A stretch of DNA of 64,000 bases from Candidatus Magasanikbacteria bacterium RIFOXYB2_FULL_38_10 (GTDB taxonomy: Bacteria; Patescibacteriota; Patescibacteriia; Magasanikbacterales; UBA10003): the NCBI GenBank assembly GCA_001783145.1, contig MFQT01000016.1, positions 3,796 through 67,795 of the forward strand, in the 5' to 3' direction. The position numbers and the translations under genes are program-made. The notes under the pieces are model-generated. The model saw only the letters and a program-made list of their open reading frames with translations. It had not been told where the DNA came from and ran no database searches. The first letter of the stretch is position 1; each line of letters starts with the position of its first letter. Shown one piece after another: positions 30,873 to 40,278 of this stretch.

Positions 30873-30945
30873 AATTGACTTTTTTATTTTGGTTTCCTGA
30901 AGACCGACCAAGGATGACGCGGTGCGAAGTTGATTTTTTTTTAAA

Positions 30946-32310
30946 ATGAAAAACAAACAATTAAAAATAACAATTAAACAAAAAGATAACAGCTTTATAG
31001 TAAAAGCAAAAGATTTTTTTACTGCTAAAATTACTTATCCTAAAAATTTTTTTGACAACCAAGATGTAATTTCCCGTCAAAATTTAATAGCTAACTTTGC
31101 TTTTAATCGAACACGCCAGTTAGGTTTATATTTCCCTAAAATTAGCTATAATTACCCCAAACCAATTATCAAAAATTTTGTGGAGCAAGGAGTAAGACAA
31201 GACTTGCCTTATATAAATTACGATAAAAAAATAAAAGTTTCGGAACAAATCAAAACTTTTAACCAAACGGAAATAAAATTTACCAAAAAAAATGATTTTA
31301 ATCGTGTCGTACCCATTAAATCGCCGCTTAAAGATAACATTATTTTATCCATGTCTTTTGGCAAAGACTCTTTACTTTCTTATGCCTTATGCAAAGAAAT
31401 TGGCTTGGACCCCAAATTAGTTTTTATTAATGACATGGCCACTTGGAATCCCCAAGAAGCCGTGCTTAAGCACCAAATAATGAAAAATTTCGGTGAAGAC
31501 CAAAAAAAAGAAATCTTATTTGTAGAAGACAATAGCGATGACATTTACGATAAAAAAAATTTAAAAAATATTAATGAAGATTTAGCCGCCACCAATGCCA
31601 TGTTGGCTTTTGCGTTGCAGTTGATTCCTGTAGCCTATCATTACCGCGCCAAATATATTATGTTTGGTAATGAAAAAAATCTTGATGATTATTTTATTGA
31701 CGGAGAAAATTTTAAAACCTACCTTTCCAGCGATCAATCCACCACTTACATGCGCGGACAGAATAAGTATCTCAACCTTTTAACCGAGGGCAATATCAAA
31801 GTAATAAGTATTATAAAACCGCTCTTTAATTTGGCTGAAATGCAGATAATTAACCATCGCTACCCTTATTTGTTCAAATATTTAATGTCTTGCACCTCCC
31901 AAAAAATAACTACGGAAAAAGGCTGTTGCAACTGTATTACCTGTGCCTGGACTTATCTTTATGGCCAGGCTTTGGGCTACGATCCGCGCAATTTAGGCTT
32001 AAAAGCTAACATGTTTGAAAAAAAATATCGTCGACATTTTGTACTCTTTAATAAAAAAATGGATGTGGTCTCAGAAGTTGTACCCAACGCTCACGATGAA
32101 CAATTACTGGCTTTTTTAATGGCCATGCGCCGGGGCGGCAAGGGATATTTAATCAATGAATTTAAAAAACACTTCTTAAGCGAAGCCTTAAGAAAAGAAA
32201 AAAAACTACGCCATAAATTTTTTGGCATTCATTCCGCGGAAATGATTCCAGAGGAATACAGGGAAAAGATACTTAATATCTATAAACAAGAGTTGCATCA
32301 TCTGCGCTAA
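30946..32310 (+). CDS. PP-loop ATPase, MurL (peptide epimerase)-like
   Basis: SMSFGKDS PP-loop, FGNE, SIIKPL, YLMSC, CCNCITC; motif order resembles MurL (GGKDS, SNE, SLLRP, SSC, CxxCxKC). Confidence 0.6.
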   Translation: MKNKQLKITIKQKDNSFIVKAKDFFTAKITYPKNFFDNQDVISRQNLIANFAFNRTRQLGLYFPKISYNYPKPIIKNFVEQGVRQDLPYINYDKKIKVSEQIKTFNQTEIKFTKKNDFNRVVPIKSPLKDNIILSMSFGKDSLLSYALCKEIGLDPKLVFINDMATWNPQEAVLKHQIMKNFGEDQKKEILFVEDNSDDIYDKKNLKNINEDLAATNAMLAFALQLIPVAYHYRAKYIMFGNEKNLDDYFIDGENFKTYLSSDQSTTYMRGQNKYLNLLTEGNIKVISIIKPLFNLAEMQIINHRYPYLFKYLMSCTSQKITTEKGCCNCITCAWTYLYGQALGYDPRNLGLKANMFEKKYRRHFVLFNKKMDVVSEVVPNAHDEQLLAFLMAMRRGGKGYLINEFKKHFLSEALRKEKKLRHKFFGIHSAEMIPEEYREKILNIYKQELHHLR

Positions 32311-32315
32311 ATTAT

Positions 32316-33308
32316 ATGAAAATTGCCATTACATCCAATTTAAGAACCCGGGAAACCGAGGATCAGGCGGAATTTGATTCTTTGGAAACAATTGATTTTA
32401 TGTCCCGGAATTTAAAAGACCTGGGCCACGAAGTTAAATTCATAGAATTGACCCGTCCGCTGACTGAAGTAATTAAGGATTTGCAAAATTATCAGCCGGA
32501 TTTAATTTTTAACACCAGTGAAGGCACCAAAGGGAAATATCGCGAATCTTTTTGGCCGGGTATCTTTGAAGAATTAGGACTTATTTACACCGGCTCAGAT
32601 CCCTTTACACTAGCTTTAAGTTTAGATAAAAATCTAACCAAAGAAATAGTAGCTAAGCAGGGCGTACCAACACCCCGGGCAGAAATGGTTTACCCTGGTC
32701 TTTTACCCAGCTTAAATCATTTACATTTTCCCATCATCGCCAAGCCAAATTACGAAGGATCTTCTAAAGGAATCACCCAAGACAGCGTTATAGAAAATTT
32801 AGAAACATTGCAAAAACGTTTACCGGAGATGTTACAAAAATATCCGGATGGAATTTTAATTGAAGAATATATTTTTGGCAAAGATATCACCATTCCTTTC
32901 CTAGAAAACCTTGAGGATCCCATATTAGATGTGGTAGAATATGTTATAGATCCGGAATTTTCCAAAAAGATACGCTATCAAATCTATGATTACGAAATGA
33001 AAAATAATTTTTATGATAGTGTAAATATACAAATCGCTAATTTAGATGAAAAATTGCAACAACAAATTAAAGAAATATCCCAAAAAATAATTAAAGGAAT
33101 AAACTGCCGCGATTTAGGTAGAATGGATTTTCGCTTAACACCGGATGGAAAAATTTATTTCTTAGAAATCAACTGTCTGCCTTATTTAGATGAAGGAGTA
33201 AGTTTGTACCTCGCGGCGGAAAAACGAGGACTTAGCACTAAAGAAGTATTTAATCACATTATCCAAAGCGCAATTAAGCGCAAAACTCAAACCTTTTCCA
33301 GGGTTTAA
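32316..33308 (+). CDS. Ddl-like ATP-grasp ligase (AEFD subtype), copy 1
   Basis: AEFD, FNTSEG, YTGSD, KPNYEGSSKGI, EEYI, GRMDFR, LEINCLP. Confidence 0.85.
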   Translation: MKIAITSNLRTRETEDQAEFDSLETIDFMSRNLKDLGHEVKFIELTRPLTEVIKDLQNYQPDLIFNTSEGTKGKYRESFWPGIFEELGLIYTGSDPFTLALSLDKNLTKEIVAKQGVPTPRAEMVYPGLLPSLNHLHFPIIAKPNYEGSSKGITQDSVIENLETLQKRLPEMLQKYPDGILIEEYIFGKDITIPFLENLEDPILDVVEYVIDPEFSKKIRYQIYDYEMKNNFYDSVNIQIANLDEKLQQQIKEISQKIIKGINCRDLGRMDFRLTPDGKIYFLEINCLPYLDEGVSLYLAAEKRGLSTKEVFNHIIQSAIKRKTQTFSRV

Positions 33309-33314
33309 ACTAAA

Positions 33315-34436
33315 ATGGAAACAAAAAAATTAAACTTGGCATTTGTCTACAATGTTCGCCATAAAAAACCTTGCCTTGCCGACGAACAAGCCGTAGCCGA
33401 GGCTGAATTTGACGAGCCGGTGACTATTAACGGGATTGCCCATTCTTTAAGAAAATTAGGCCATGAAGTATACCGAATTGAAGCTAATGAAGAGGCTTAT
33501 CTTAAATTAAAAAACCTAAAAAACAAGTTGGATTTGGTTTTTAATGTTGCCGAGGGCTTGCAGAACCATGACAGAGAAGCTCAAATTCCCGCCATGCTTG
33601 AGAATTTGAATATTCCCTATGTTGGTTCCAAGCCCTTAACGCAAGCACTGTGTTTAAACAAGGCTTACACCAAAAAAGTTTTAGCCTATCATCAAATAAC
33701 CACCCCCCGCTTCCAAATGTTTTACAATCCTAATGAGAAACTTTCTCGCAAAATGCGTTTTCCTTTAATTGTTAAGCCTGTTTCCGAAGGTTCTTCCAAA
33801 GGCATTACCAATGATTGTTTAGTGAACAATCAAATGGAATTATATAAAAAAATTGGCGAACTTATAGAAAAATTTAATCAACCGGCTTTGGTGGAAGAAT
33901 TTTTAAACGGACGAGAATTTACTGTTTCCTTGATTGGCAATGATCCGGTGGAAGTTTTACCACCTGTAGAAATTTTATTTGATCATTTGCCCAATAATTT
34001 GGCGCCTATGGATTCTTACGAAGTAAAATGGATAATTGATAATCCGGAAAGCCAAATCCAAACCATTTCCTGTCCGGCCCAACTTGATTATAAAAAGTTC
34101 CTACAAATTAAAAAACTTTGTTTAAGAACGAAGCAAGCTTTGGATATTTTAGATTGGTGCCGCATTGACGTGCGCATGGACAGCGAGGGTTGCCCGCATG
34201 TTTTAGAAATTAATCAAATTCCCGGCATTATTCCCGATCCTAAAGAGAACTCCCGCTTCCCCCTAGCCGCCAGAACGGCTGGCTATACTTACGAGGAGAT
34301 GATCCACAAGATCATTAAAGCGGCTTGTGACAGACACAACATTCCTCTTTCTCCGGCTTTAGAACCCGCACCGGAAAAAGCCACCAATTGGCTGGTAAAA
34401 ACCTTCTCTGGACAAAAAGCCTTTAAGCCGATATAA
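33315..34436 (+). CDS. Ddl-like ATP-grasp ligase (AEFD subtype), copy 2
   Basis: AEFD, FNVAEG, YVGS, KPVSEGSSKGI, EEFLNGREFTV, RIDVR, LEINQIPG. Confidence 0.85.
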   Translation: METKKLNLAFVYNVRHKKPCLADEQAVAEAEFDEPVTINGIAHSLRKLGHEVYRIEANEEAYLKLKNLKNKLDLVFNVAEGLQNHDREAQIPAMLENLNIPYVGSKPLTQALCLNKAYTKKVLAYHQITTPRFQMFYNPNEKLSRKMRFPLIVKPVSEGSSKGITNDCLVNNQMELYKKIGELIEKFNQPALVEEFLNGREFTVSLIGNDPVEVLPPVEILFDHLPNNLAPMDSYEVKWIIDNPESQIQTISCPAQLDYKKFLQIKKLCLRTKQALDILDWCRIDVRMDSEGCPHVLEINQIPGIIPDPKENSRFPLAARTAGYTYEEMIHKIIKAACDRHNIPLSPALEPAPEKATNWLVKTFSGQKAFKPI

Positions 34437-34449
34437 TAGCGCTACCCAC

Positions 34450-34524
34450 GGTGACTATGGTGTAGCGGTAGCACAGCAGTTTGTGGCACTGCTAGTGAGG
34501 GTCCAACTCCCTCTAGTCACCCCA
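34450..34524 (+). tRNA. tRNA-His(GTG)
   Basis: G-1, GTGACTA/TAGTCAC acceptor stem, anticodon GTG, encoded CCA. Confidence 0.93.
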
Positions 34525-34628
34525 CCAGAAACAACCCCCTAAAAGGGGTGTTTTTGTTTGTAAAAAGCGCTATAATATAGGTACAAGTTGAAGATGCGGA
34601 GGTTATCAAATTATTAAAATAACAAGAT

Positions 34629-35510
34629 ATGATTTTGTTTTCTTTTCCCATTTACGATTATTTAGCTAAATCCTTATTTAAAAATTCTGTTTTTAAAAAA
34701 GGAAAATTTGAAACAAGACGTTTTGCCAACGGAGAGATGCAAATTATTTTAAAAACCAAAATTAAAGGCAAAAAATGTGTAATTCTAGGCACCACCGCAC
34801 CGCCAGACACTAACATCATGTCCTTTCTTCTTTTGGCCCATACTCTTAAAAAAGAAGGAGCCACTTCAATAACCGCCCTAATCCCCTATTTAGGCTACAG
34901 CCGCCATGACAAAAATGAAGAAGATAAAAGTTTAGGTTTTGCTTGGCTAGGCAAGATGATGAAAGCCTCGGGGATTGATGAGATTGTAACGATTGACACC
35001 CACAGCGAATTAGATAAGAAACTTTTTGCTCTGCCGCTTATTTCTTTGCCTTTTGCCGATTTATTAACTTCTGATTTAAAAAAAATACAAGCGAAAAAAA
35101 TTGCTTTAGTGGCGCCGGATGGCGGAGCAGTGGACAATTGCCTGGCCATACAAAAAACTTTAAACAGTAAGTTGCCTCTTATTTTGTTTAAAAAAATAAG
35201 AACCCCCAATGGAGTTACCGTTTCGACCCCACCGGGATTGACGCCTAAAAAAGTAATAATGATTGATGATATTTTAGATACCGGAGAAACCCTTGTTAAA
35301 GCGACGGAAAAATTGCGCCAGATGGGAACTAAAGAAATTTATATAGTTGCAACCCACGGACTTTTCACTGGGCAAAAATGGCAGAAACTCTGGCAATTGG
35401 GGGTGAAAAAAATTTTTTGCACCAATACCAACCCGGATGTTTTAAAAAGAAACAATAAAAGAATCATCATTGTTTCTTGCTTAAGATCTATTCAAGGATA
35501 TTTTAAATAA
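34629..35510 (+). CDS. prs: ribose-phosphate pyrophosphokinase
   Basis: RFANGE, PYLGYSRHDK, VAPDGGA, IDDILDTGETL, ATHGLF. Confidence 0.88.
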   Translation: MILFSFPIYDYLAKSLFKNSVFKKGKFETRRFANGEMQIILKTKIKGKKCVILGTTAPPDTNIMSFLLLAHTLKKEGATSITALIPYLGYSRHDKNEEDKSLGFAWLGKMMKASGIDEIVTIDTHSELDKKLFALPLISLPFADLLTSDLKKIQAKKIALVAPDGGAVDNCLAIQKTLNSKLPLILFKKIRTPNGVTVSTPPGLTPKKVIMIDDILDTGETLVKATEKLRQMGTKEIYIVATHGLFTGQKWQKLWQLGVKKIFCTNTNPDVLKRNNKRIIIVSCLRSIQGYFK

Positions 35511-35511
35511 C

Positions 35512-37050
35512 ATGAAAATTTGGCAAAAGCAAAATTTACTTCTGCTTCTGTTTTTTTTAATCGTGGCTGTCTATTTTAGCCTGCTTCAAGGATCGCCTCA
35601 TTTTGTCGATCCCGATTCTTTTTATCATGCCAAAATGGGGTTTTTAATGCAAAAAGATATAATCATTAAAAACTTCCCTTGGATTAAATTTGCGCCTTTT
35701 ACTCAAAATTTTACCGACCATCAATTTATTTATCATTTATTACTAATACCTTTCACTTTCTTTTTTTCACCCCTTTTAGGCACTAAAATAGCCGCCATCA
35801 TTTTGGCTGTAACGGCTTTTGCAATTTTTTATTTTTTCTTAAAAAAATGGCAAATAAAATATCCTCTTTTTTATATTCTCATTCTTTTAACATCCATTTC
35901 TTTTGTTTTTAGAATGAATTTGGCCAAAACTAGCTCCCTTTCTTTAATTATTCTTCTTTTAACGCTTAATTTTATCTGGCAACGCCGCTTTATCCCCTTA
36001 TTTTTAGCTTCTTTTGTTTATGTTTGGTGCTACGGCGGCTGGGGAATGCTTTTAGGGCTTATTTTTAGTCTAACACTGGGTGATTTAATTATTAATAAAA
36101 AAATCATTGGGAGTAACATTTTAGCAATTTTACTGGGACTGCTGGCCGGGATTATTATTAATCCTTATTTCCCCCATAATATTCAATTTTACTGGCAACA
36201 AGTGGTGCAAATAGGCCTGATTAATTATAAAGACCAAATAGCCGTAGGTATGGAATGGTATCCCCCGGATATTTTAAATTTTCTGGGCAGTGAAATTTTT
36301 ATATTCTTACTGGGGATATTGGCTCTTTTTTTATTTTTTATAAAAATTAAGACAAAAAAAAATAATAATTTAGAGGATGAGAGATCTCTCCACAAAATTT
36401 TTTCCAAAATCATTGGCTTATTTATTTTTGCCGGTCTGCTTTTTGTCCTAACTTTAAAATCCCAACGCTTTATAGAATATTTCGTACCTTTTAGTGTTTT
36501 AGCTTGCGCCTTTTTAATAAATTTTTCTTTGCCCAAAAATTTTTCCTTAAAAGAATCACTATATTTTTGGCTTACTAAAAATAAATATCTTAATAAAGCT
36601 TTTTTAGTTTATTTTTTAGCCATTATGGTTGGTTTTTTTTCTTTAAACAGCTTAAAATTAAACCAACAATTTACCTCGCGTTATAATTGGAACTATTTAA
36701 AAAATTCTTCCGCTTGGCTTAAAGAAAATACACCACCAAAAACAACTGTTTTTCACACCAGCTGGGCAGACTGGCCAATGCTCTTTTATCATAATTCACA
36801 AAATACCTATTTAAGCGGCCTAGATCCTACCTTTTTTTATTTAAAAGATAAAAATTTGTATAAAGAATGGATACAAATAGGCAATGGTCAAATACAAGAT
36901 AAATTAGATGAAAAAATTAAAAAAAATTTTAGCGCTAATTGGATTTTAATCAAGAACAATGAGATAAAGCTGTTAAAAGCAATCAAATCAAATGACAAAT
37001 TTTCTTTAGTTTACCGGGATGATGAAGCTCAAATTTTTTTTCTACGTTAA
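35512..37050 (+). CDS. polytopic membrane protein, GT-C glycosyltransferase-like
   Basis: DPDSFYH in the first external loop, many TMs, INPY, EW.P, RFIEY, soluble C-terminal domain. Confidence 0.6.
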   Translation: MKIWQKQNLLLLLFFLIVAVYFSLLQGSPHFVDPDSFYHAKMGFLMQKDIIIKNFPWIKFAPFTQNFTDHQFIYHLLLIPFTFFFSPLLGTKIAAIILAVTAFAIFYFFLKKWQIKYPLFYILILLTSISFVFRMNLAKTSSLSLIILLLTLNFIWQRRFIPLFLASFVYVWCYGGWGMLLGLIFSLTLGDLIINKKIIGSNILAILLGLLAGIIINPYFPHNIQFYWQQVVQIGLINYKDQIAVGMEWYPPDILNFLGSEIFIFLLGILALFLFFIKIKTKKNNNLEDERSLHKIFSKIIGLFIFAGLLFVLTLKSQRFIEYFVPFSVLACAFLINFSLPKNFSLKESLYFWLTKNKYLNKAFLVYFLAIMVGFFSLNSLKLNQQFTSRYNWNYLKNSSAWLKENTPPKTTVFHTSWADWPMLFYHNSQNTYLSGLDPTFFYLKDKNLYKEWIQIGNGQIQDKLDEKIKKNFSANWILIKNNEIKLLKAIKSNDKFSLVYRDDEAQIFFLR

Positions 37051-37077
37051 AATAAAAATGGTATAAAATTAAAAATT

Positions 37078-38667
37078 ATGAAACGTCAAGAATGGATTTT
37101 TATCTCTATTATTTCCGGACTACTAATTATTATCACCGCCGTCCCCTATCTTTACGGTTGGCTGATGACCCCTCCCAATTATTCTTTTTTGGGCAACGGA
37201 TTCTTTAACTCCCACGACAATCATGTTTATTATGCTTATATAGAACAGGTCAAGGCTGGTCATTTTTTATTAAAAGACGTCTTCACATCGGAAACACAAA
37301 AACCATTTTTAAATATATTCTGGTTACTGGCCGGATTGCTGGCCAGCTTTTTTCATTTAGGACCAATTTTTACTCTTCATTTTTTAAGAATAATTTTAAT
37401 TCCGCTTTTTGTTATAATAGCTTACAAATTTGCCTTGTTAGCTTATGAAAATGATGCCAAAAAAGAATTAAAAATAAGGTTAGCAATTTTGTTTTTATTT
37501 TTTACCGCCGGATTTGGCGGTTTAATTTGTTTATTTAACAAAAATTTTTCCTCACCTTTGGAAGTTTGGTGGCCGGAAGCCTATGCTTTTTTAAGCAGTT
37601 ATTTTTCACCTCATTTTATAGCTTCCTGGACCTTATTATTACTCTCTTTTTATTTCTTAATTAAAGGGTTGAAAGAAAACAGTTATAAAAAAATTTGTTA
37701 TGCGGGTCTCTTTGGGCTTTTTTTAATTCAATTTCACACTTTTTATTTAGCTTTAATCGCCCCCGTAAGTTTAATTTTTCTTATTTACTCTAAAAATTTA
37801 ATCAAGGATGCGGTTAAAAAAATAATTTTGTATAATTTATTTTTTGTTCCGGCCGTAGCCTATTATTTTTTTATGATTGCCAGTGATGAAGTGATGGGGC
37901 AAAGATTATTTAATAATTTAATGCTCACTCCTAATTCACCGACTAAAATTATTTTAGCCTTTGGCTTAATCATCCCCTTAGCCATAATAGCTTTTTTAAA
38001 TTTGCTTAAAGAAAAAAATAATTTAGCAAAAATTTTCTTAAATATTTGGTTTATCAGTGTGCCATTTTTAATACTCTCTAAATTACCTTTCGAAAGAAGA
38101 TTGATTGAAGGGTGGCAATTTCCAGCTATAATCTTAGCCGTGGATTCAATTTTTCTCATTAAAAATAAATTTGCGCCCTTTAAAAAAATATCTGCTTTAA
38201 TTTTTAACAGACTAACTTTTTTCTTAATATTTATTTTTCCACTTATTTTTATTTATTTTATTTTATTTAATGTCTATTATAATCCCGGGGAAAGGCAATT
38301 TTATCTACCTAATGAAGTAAAAGATTCGCTGGTCTGGTTAAAAAATAAGGGAACTTACGATGATATTGTTTTATCTTCCACTTACACCGGACTGGCGGCC
38401 GCTTTTATGGCGGATAAAACTGTTTTTATTGGGCATGGTTTTGAGACTCTTGATTCAAGAAAAAAAATGAAACAGATGGCATGGTTTTTTCAAACCAACA
38501 CAGAAGACGATTTAAAAAAAGAAATGCTCAAAAATTGGAATATTAAGTACTTAATTTTTGGTCCTTATGAAAAGGCGCTCAATTCAATCTATGAACCGGA
38601 TCAAAAAAAATATTTAACAAAAATTTACAGCCAAAAAGGAGTAGAAATTTACCAAACTGCCAATTGA
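37078..38667 (+). CDS. polytopic membrane protein, GT-C glycosyltransferase-like
   Basis: D..VYYAYIEQ loop, PHF, FHTF, many TMs, C-terminal domain with VFIGH..ET and IKYL. Confidence 0.55.
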   Translation: MKRQEWIFISIISGLLIIITAVPYLYGWLMTPPNYSFLGNGFFNSHDNHVYYAYIEQVKAGHFLLKDVFTSETQKPFLNIFWLLAGLLASFFHLGPIFTLHFLRIILIPLFVIIAYKFALLAYENDAKKELKIRLAILFLFFTAGFGGLICLFNKNFSSPLEVWWPEAYAFLSSYFSPHFIASWTLLLLSFYFLIKGLKENSYKKICYAGLFGLFLIQFHTFYLALIAPVSLIFLIYSKNLIKDAVKKIILYNLFFVPAVAYYFFMIASDEVMGQRLFNNLMLTPNSPTKIILAFGLIIPLAIIAFLNLLKEKNNLAKIFLNIWFISVPFLILSKLPFERRLIEGWQFPAIILAVDSIFLIKNKFAPFKKISALIFNRLTFFLIFIFPLIFIYFILFNVYYNPGERQFYLPNEVKDSLVWLKNKGTYDDIVLSSTYTGLAAAFMADKTVFIGHGFETLDSRKKMKQMAWFFQTNTEDDLKKEMLKNWNIKYLIFGPYEKALNSIYEPDQKKYLTKIYSQKGVEIYQTAN

Positions 38668-38674
38668 TTTAATT

Positions 38675-39382
38675 ATGTCTTTAATCAACATTACAATTCC
38701 TGTTTTTAACGAAGAAATTATTTTAGAATCCAGTCTTAAAAAATTATCTGACTTTTGCGCTAAAAGTTTAAAAGACGACTGGTTTATGGTGGTGGTTAAT
38801 AACAATTCAACGGATGCCACAGCTTTAATTTGTAAAAGAATATCTCAAAACAATACCCGCATTAAATGCCTTAATCTGCCTCAAAAAGGCAAGGGCTTGG
38901 CCATTCAGGAAGGTTGGCAAAGTTTTTCCGCTGACTATTACATTTTTATGGATGCTGATTTAGCCACAGATTTGGAGGCCTTGCCAAAAATGATAGAGGA
39001 ATTAAAAAAAGGAGCCCCTGCAATAATTGGTTCACGCCGCTTGCCCCTTTCCCAAGTAGAAAGATCCGTATTACGCGATCTTGTTTCTTTAACTTATTTA
39101 AAAATAGCTAATTTAATGCTTAACCTTAAGTTAAGCGATTTAGCCTGCGGTTTTAAGGGAGTAAACAACGAAATTAAAGAAAAAATACTGCCCAAGATAA
39201 AAGACAGGGCTTGGTTTTGGGACACAGAAATGCTTTTTTGGGCCAAACGAGCGGGATTTAAAATAAAAGAAATCCCGGTCATTTGGACCGAGACTCCTGA
39301 TCAAAAAAGAAAAAGCAAAGTGGGAATTTTAAAGGTGGGTTTTAAAAATTTTCTGTCACTGTTTAAAATCCGCTATTTATAA
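38675..39382 (+). CDS. GT2 polyprenyl-phosphate glycosyltransferase (Dpm1/Alg5-like)
   Basis: IPVFNEE, NNSTD, GKG, FMDADL, GSR, CGFK, WFWDTE, EIPVIW. Confidence 0.88.
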   Translation: MSLINITIPVFNEEIILESSLKKLSDFCAKSLKDDWFMVVVNNNSTDATALICKRISQNNTRIKCLNLPQKGKGLAIQEGWQSFSADYYIFMDADLATDLEALPKMIEELKKGAPAIIGSRRLPLSQVERSVLRDLVSLTYLKIANLMLNLKLSDLACGFKGVNNEIKEKILPKIKDRAWFWDTEMLFWAKRAGFKIKEIPVIWTETPDQKRKSKVGILKVGFKNFLSLFKIRYL

Positions 39383-39843
39383 AATGATTGGGTTTCCGCA
39401 GGAAGAATATCAGACGCTGCTGTTTCCGGAGCATAGGTTGTACTGCGTAAAAGAAAAAGAGTAATTAATAAAACAATACCATAAGCGGCGAGGACAATAA
39501 CAAGTCCGATGACGCCGTTTTTTAAATATTTCTGAGCCTCTTCTACTTTTTTAGACTCTCCGGCAGAGGTCATCCATAAAAAACCGGCGTAAACAATCAA
39601 GCCCAAGAAAATTATACCCACGATTCCCAAAAAAACTTTAATCAGATTAGCGACTGTTTGTCGCGGGTCTTGGGTGCTCAAACCAGCCACATTGGTTGCC
39701 GCGCTAAATTGTTGATTAATAATATTGATTACTTTATCGCTCCCTCCTGATTCGTCGGCTGAAACATTTTTTACAAAAAAAGTATTTATAAAAAAGCTTA
39801 AGGCTAAAAAAAGAGGAAAAAATAAAAAAAATATTTTTCTCAT
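39373..39843 (-). CDS. VirB2/TrbC-like pilin
   Basis: Signal peptide plus two TMs around GFLWMTSAG..KVEEA..GVIGL. Confidence 0.8.
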   Translation of the reverse strand: MRKIFFLFFPLFLALSFFINTFFVKNVSADESGGSDKVINIINQQFSAATNVAGLSTQDPRQTVANLIKVFLGIVGIIFLGLIVYAGFLWMTSAGESKKVEEAQKYLKNGVIGLVIVLAAYGIVLLITLFLLRSTTYAPETAASDILPAETQSFYK

Positions 39844-39853
39844 AATTTTGTAA

Positions 39854-40270
39854 TTAAACGGGATTCAAATAAAAAATTGCCAAAACTCTGACCAGAACAA
39901 AACGGGTAATACCCGCAGCGGCTAAAACAATAATTAAGCCGATAATTCCATTTTTTAAATATTTTTGGGCATCCTCCACTTTCTTAGGCTCTCCACCGGC
40001 TGTCATCCATAAATATCCGGCAAAAACCACCAAACCTAAAAAAACTACACCCAAAAGACCCAGAACCGCATAAATAACAAATCCTATAATCTCAGACAAG
40101 GTCATTTCATTAGCCTGTCCATAACCACTTTCTCTTTGCACATTTTGCAATAAAGTACCAGGACCATCCACTGCAGAGCAAAAACTGCTCCAAGAAAAAA
40201 ATAGGTTGGCTACCAAACTAAAAATTAAAACCCCCCAACTAATATTTTTAAAATTAAAAAATTTAAACAT
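39854..40270 (-). CDS. VirB2/TrbC-like pilin
   Basis: GYLWMTAGG..KVEDA..GIIGL. Confidence 0.8.
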   Translation of the reverse strand: MFKFFNFKNISWGVLIFSLVANLFFSWSSFCSAVDGPGTLLQNVQRESGYGQANEMTLSEIIGFVIYAVLGLLGVVFLGLVVFAGYLWMTAGGEPKKVEDAQKYLKNGIIGLIIVLAAAGITRFVLVRVLAIFYLNPV

Positions 40271-40278
40271 AAAATTAT

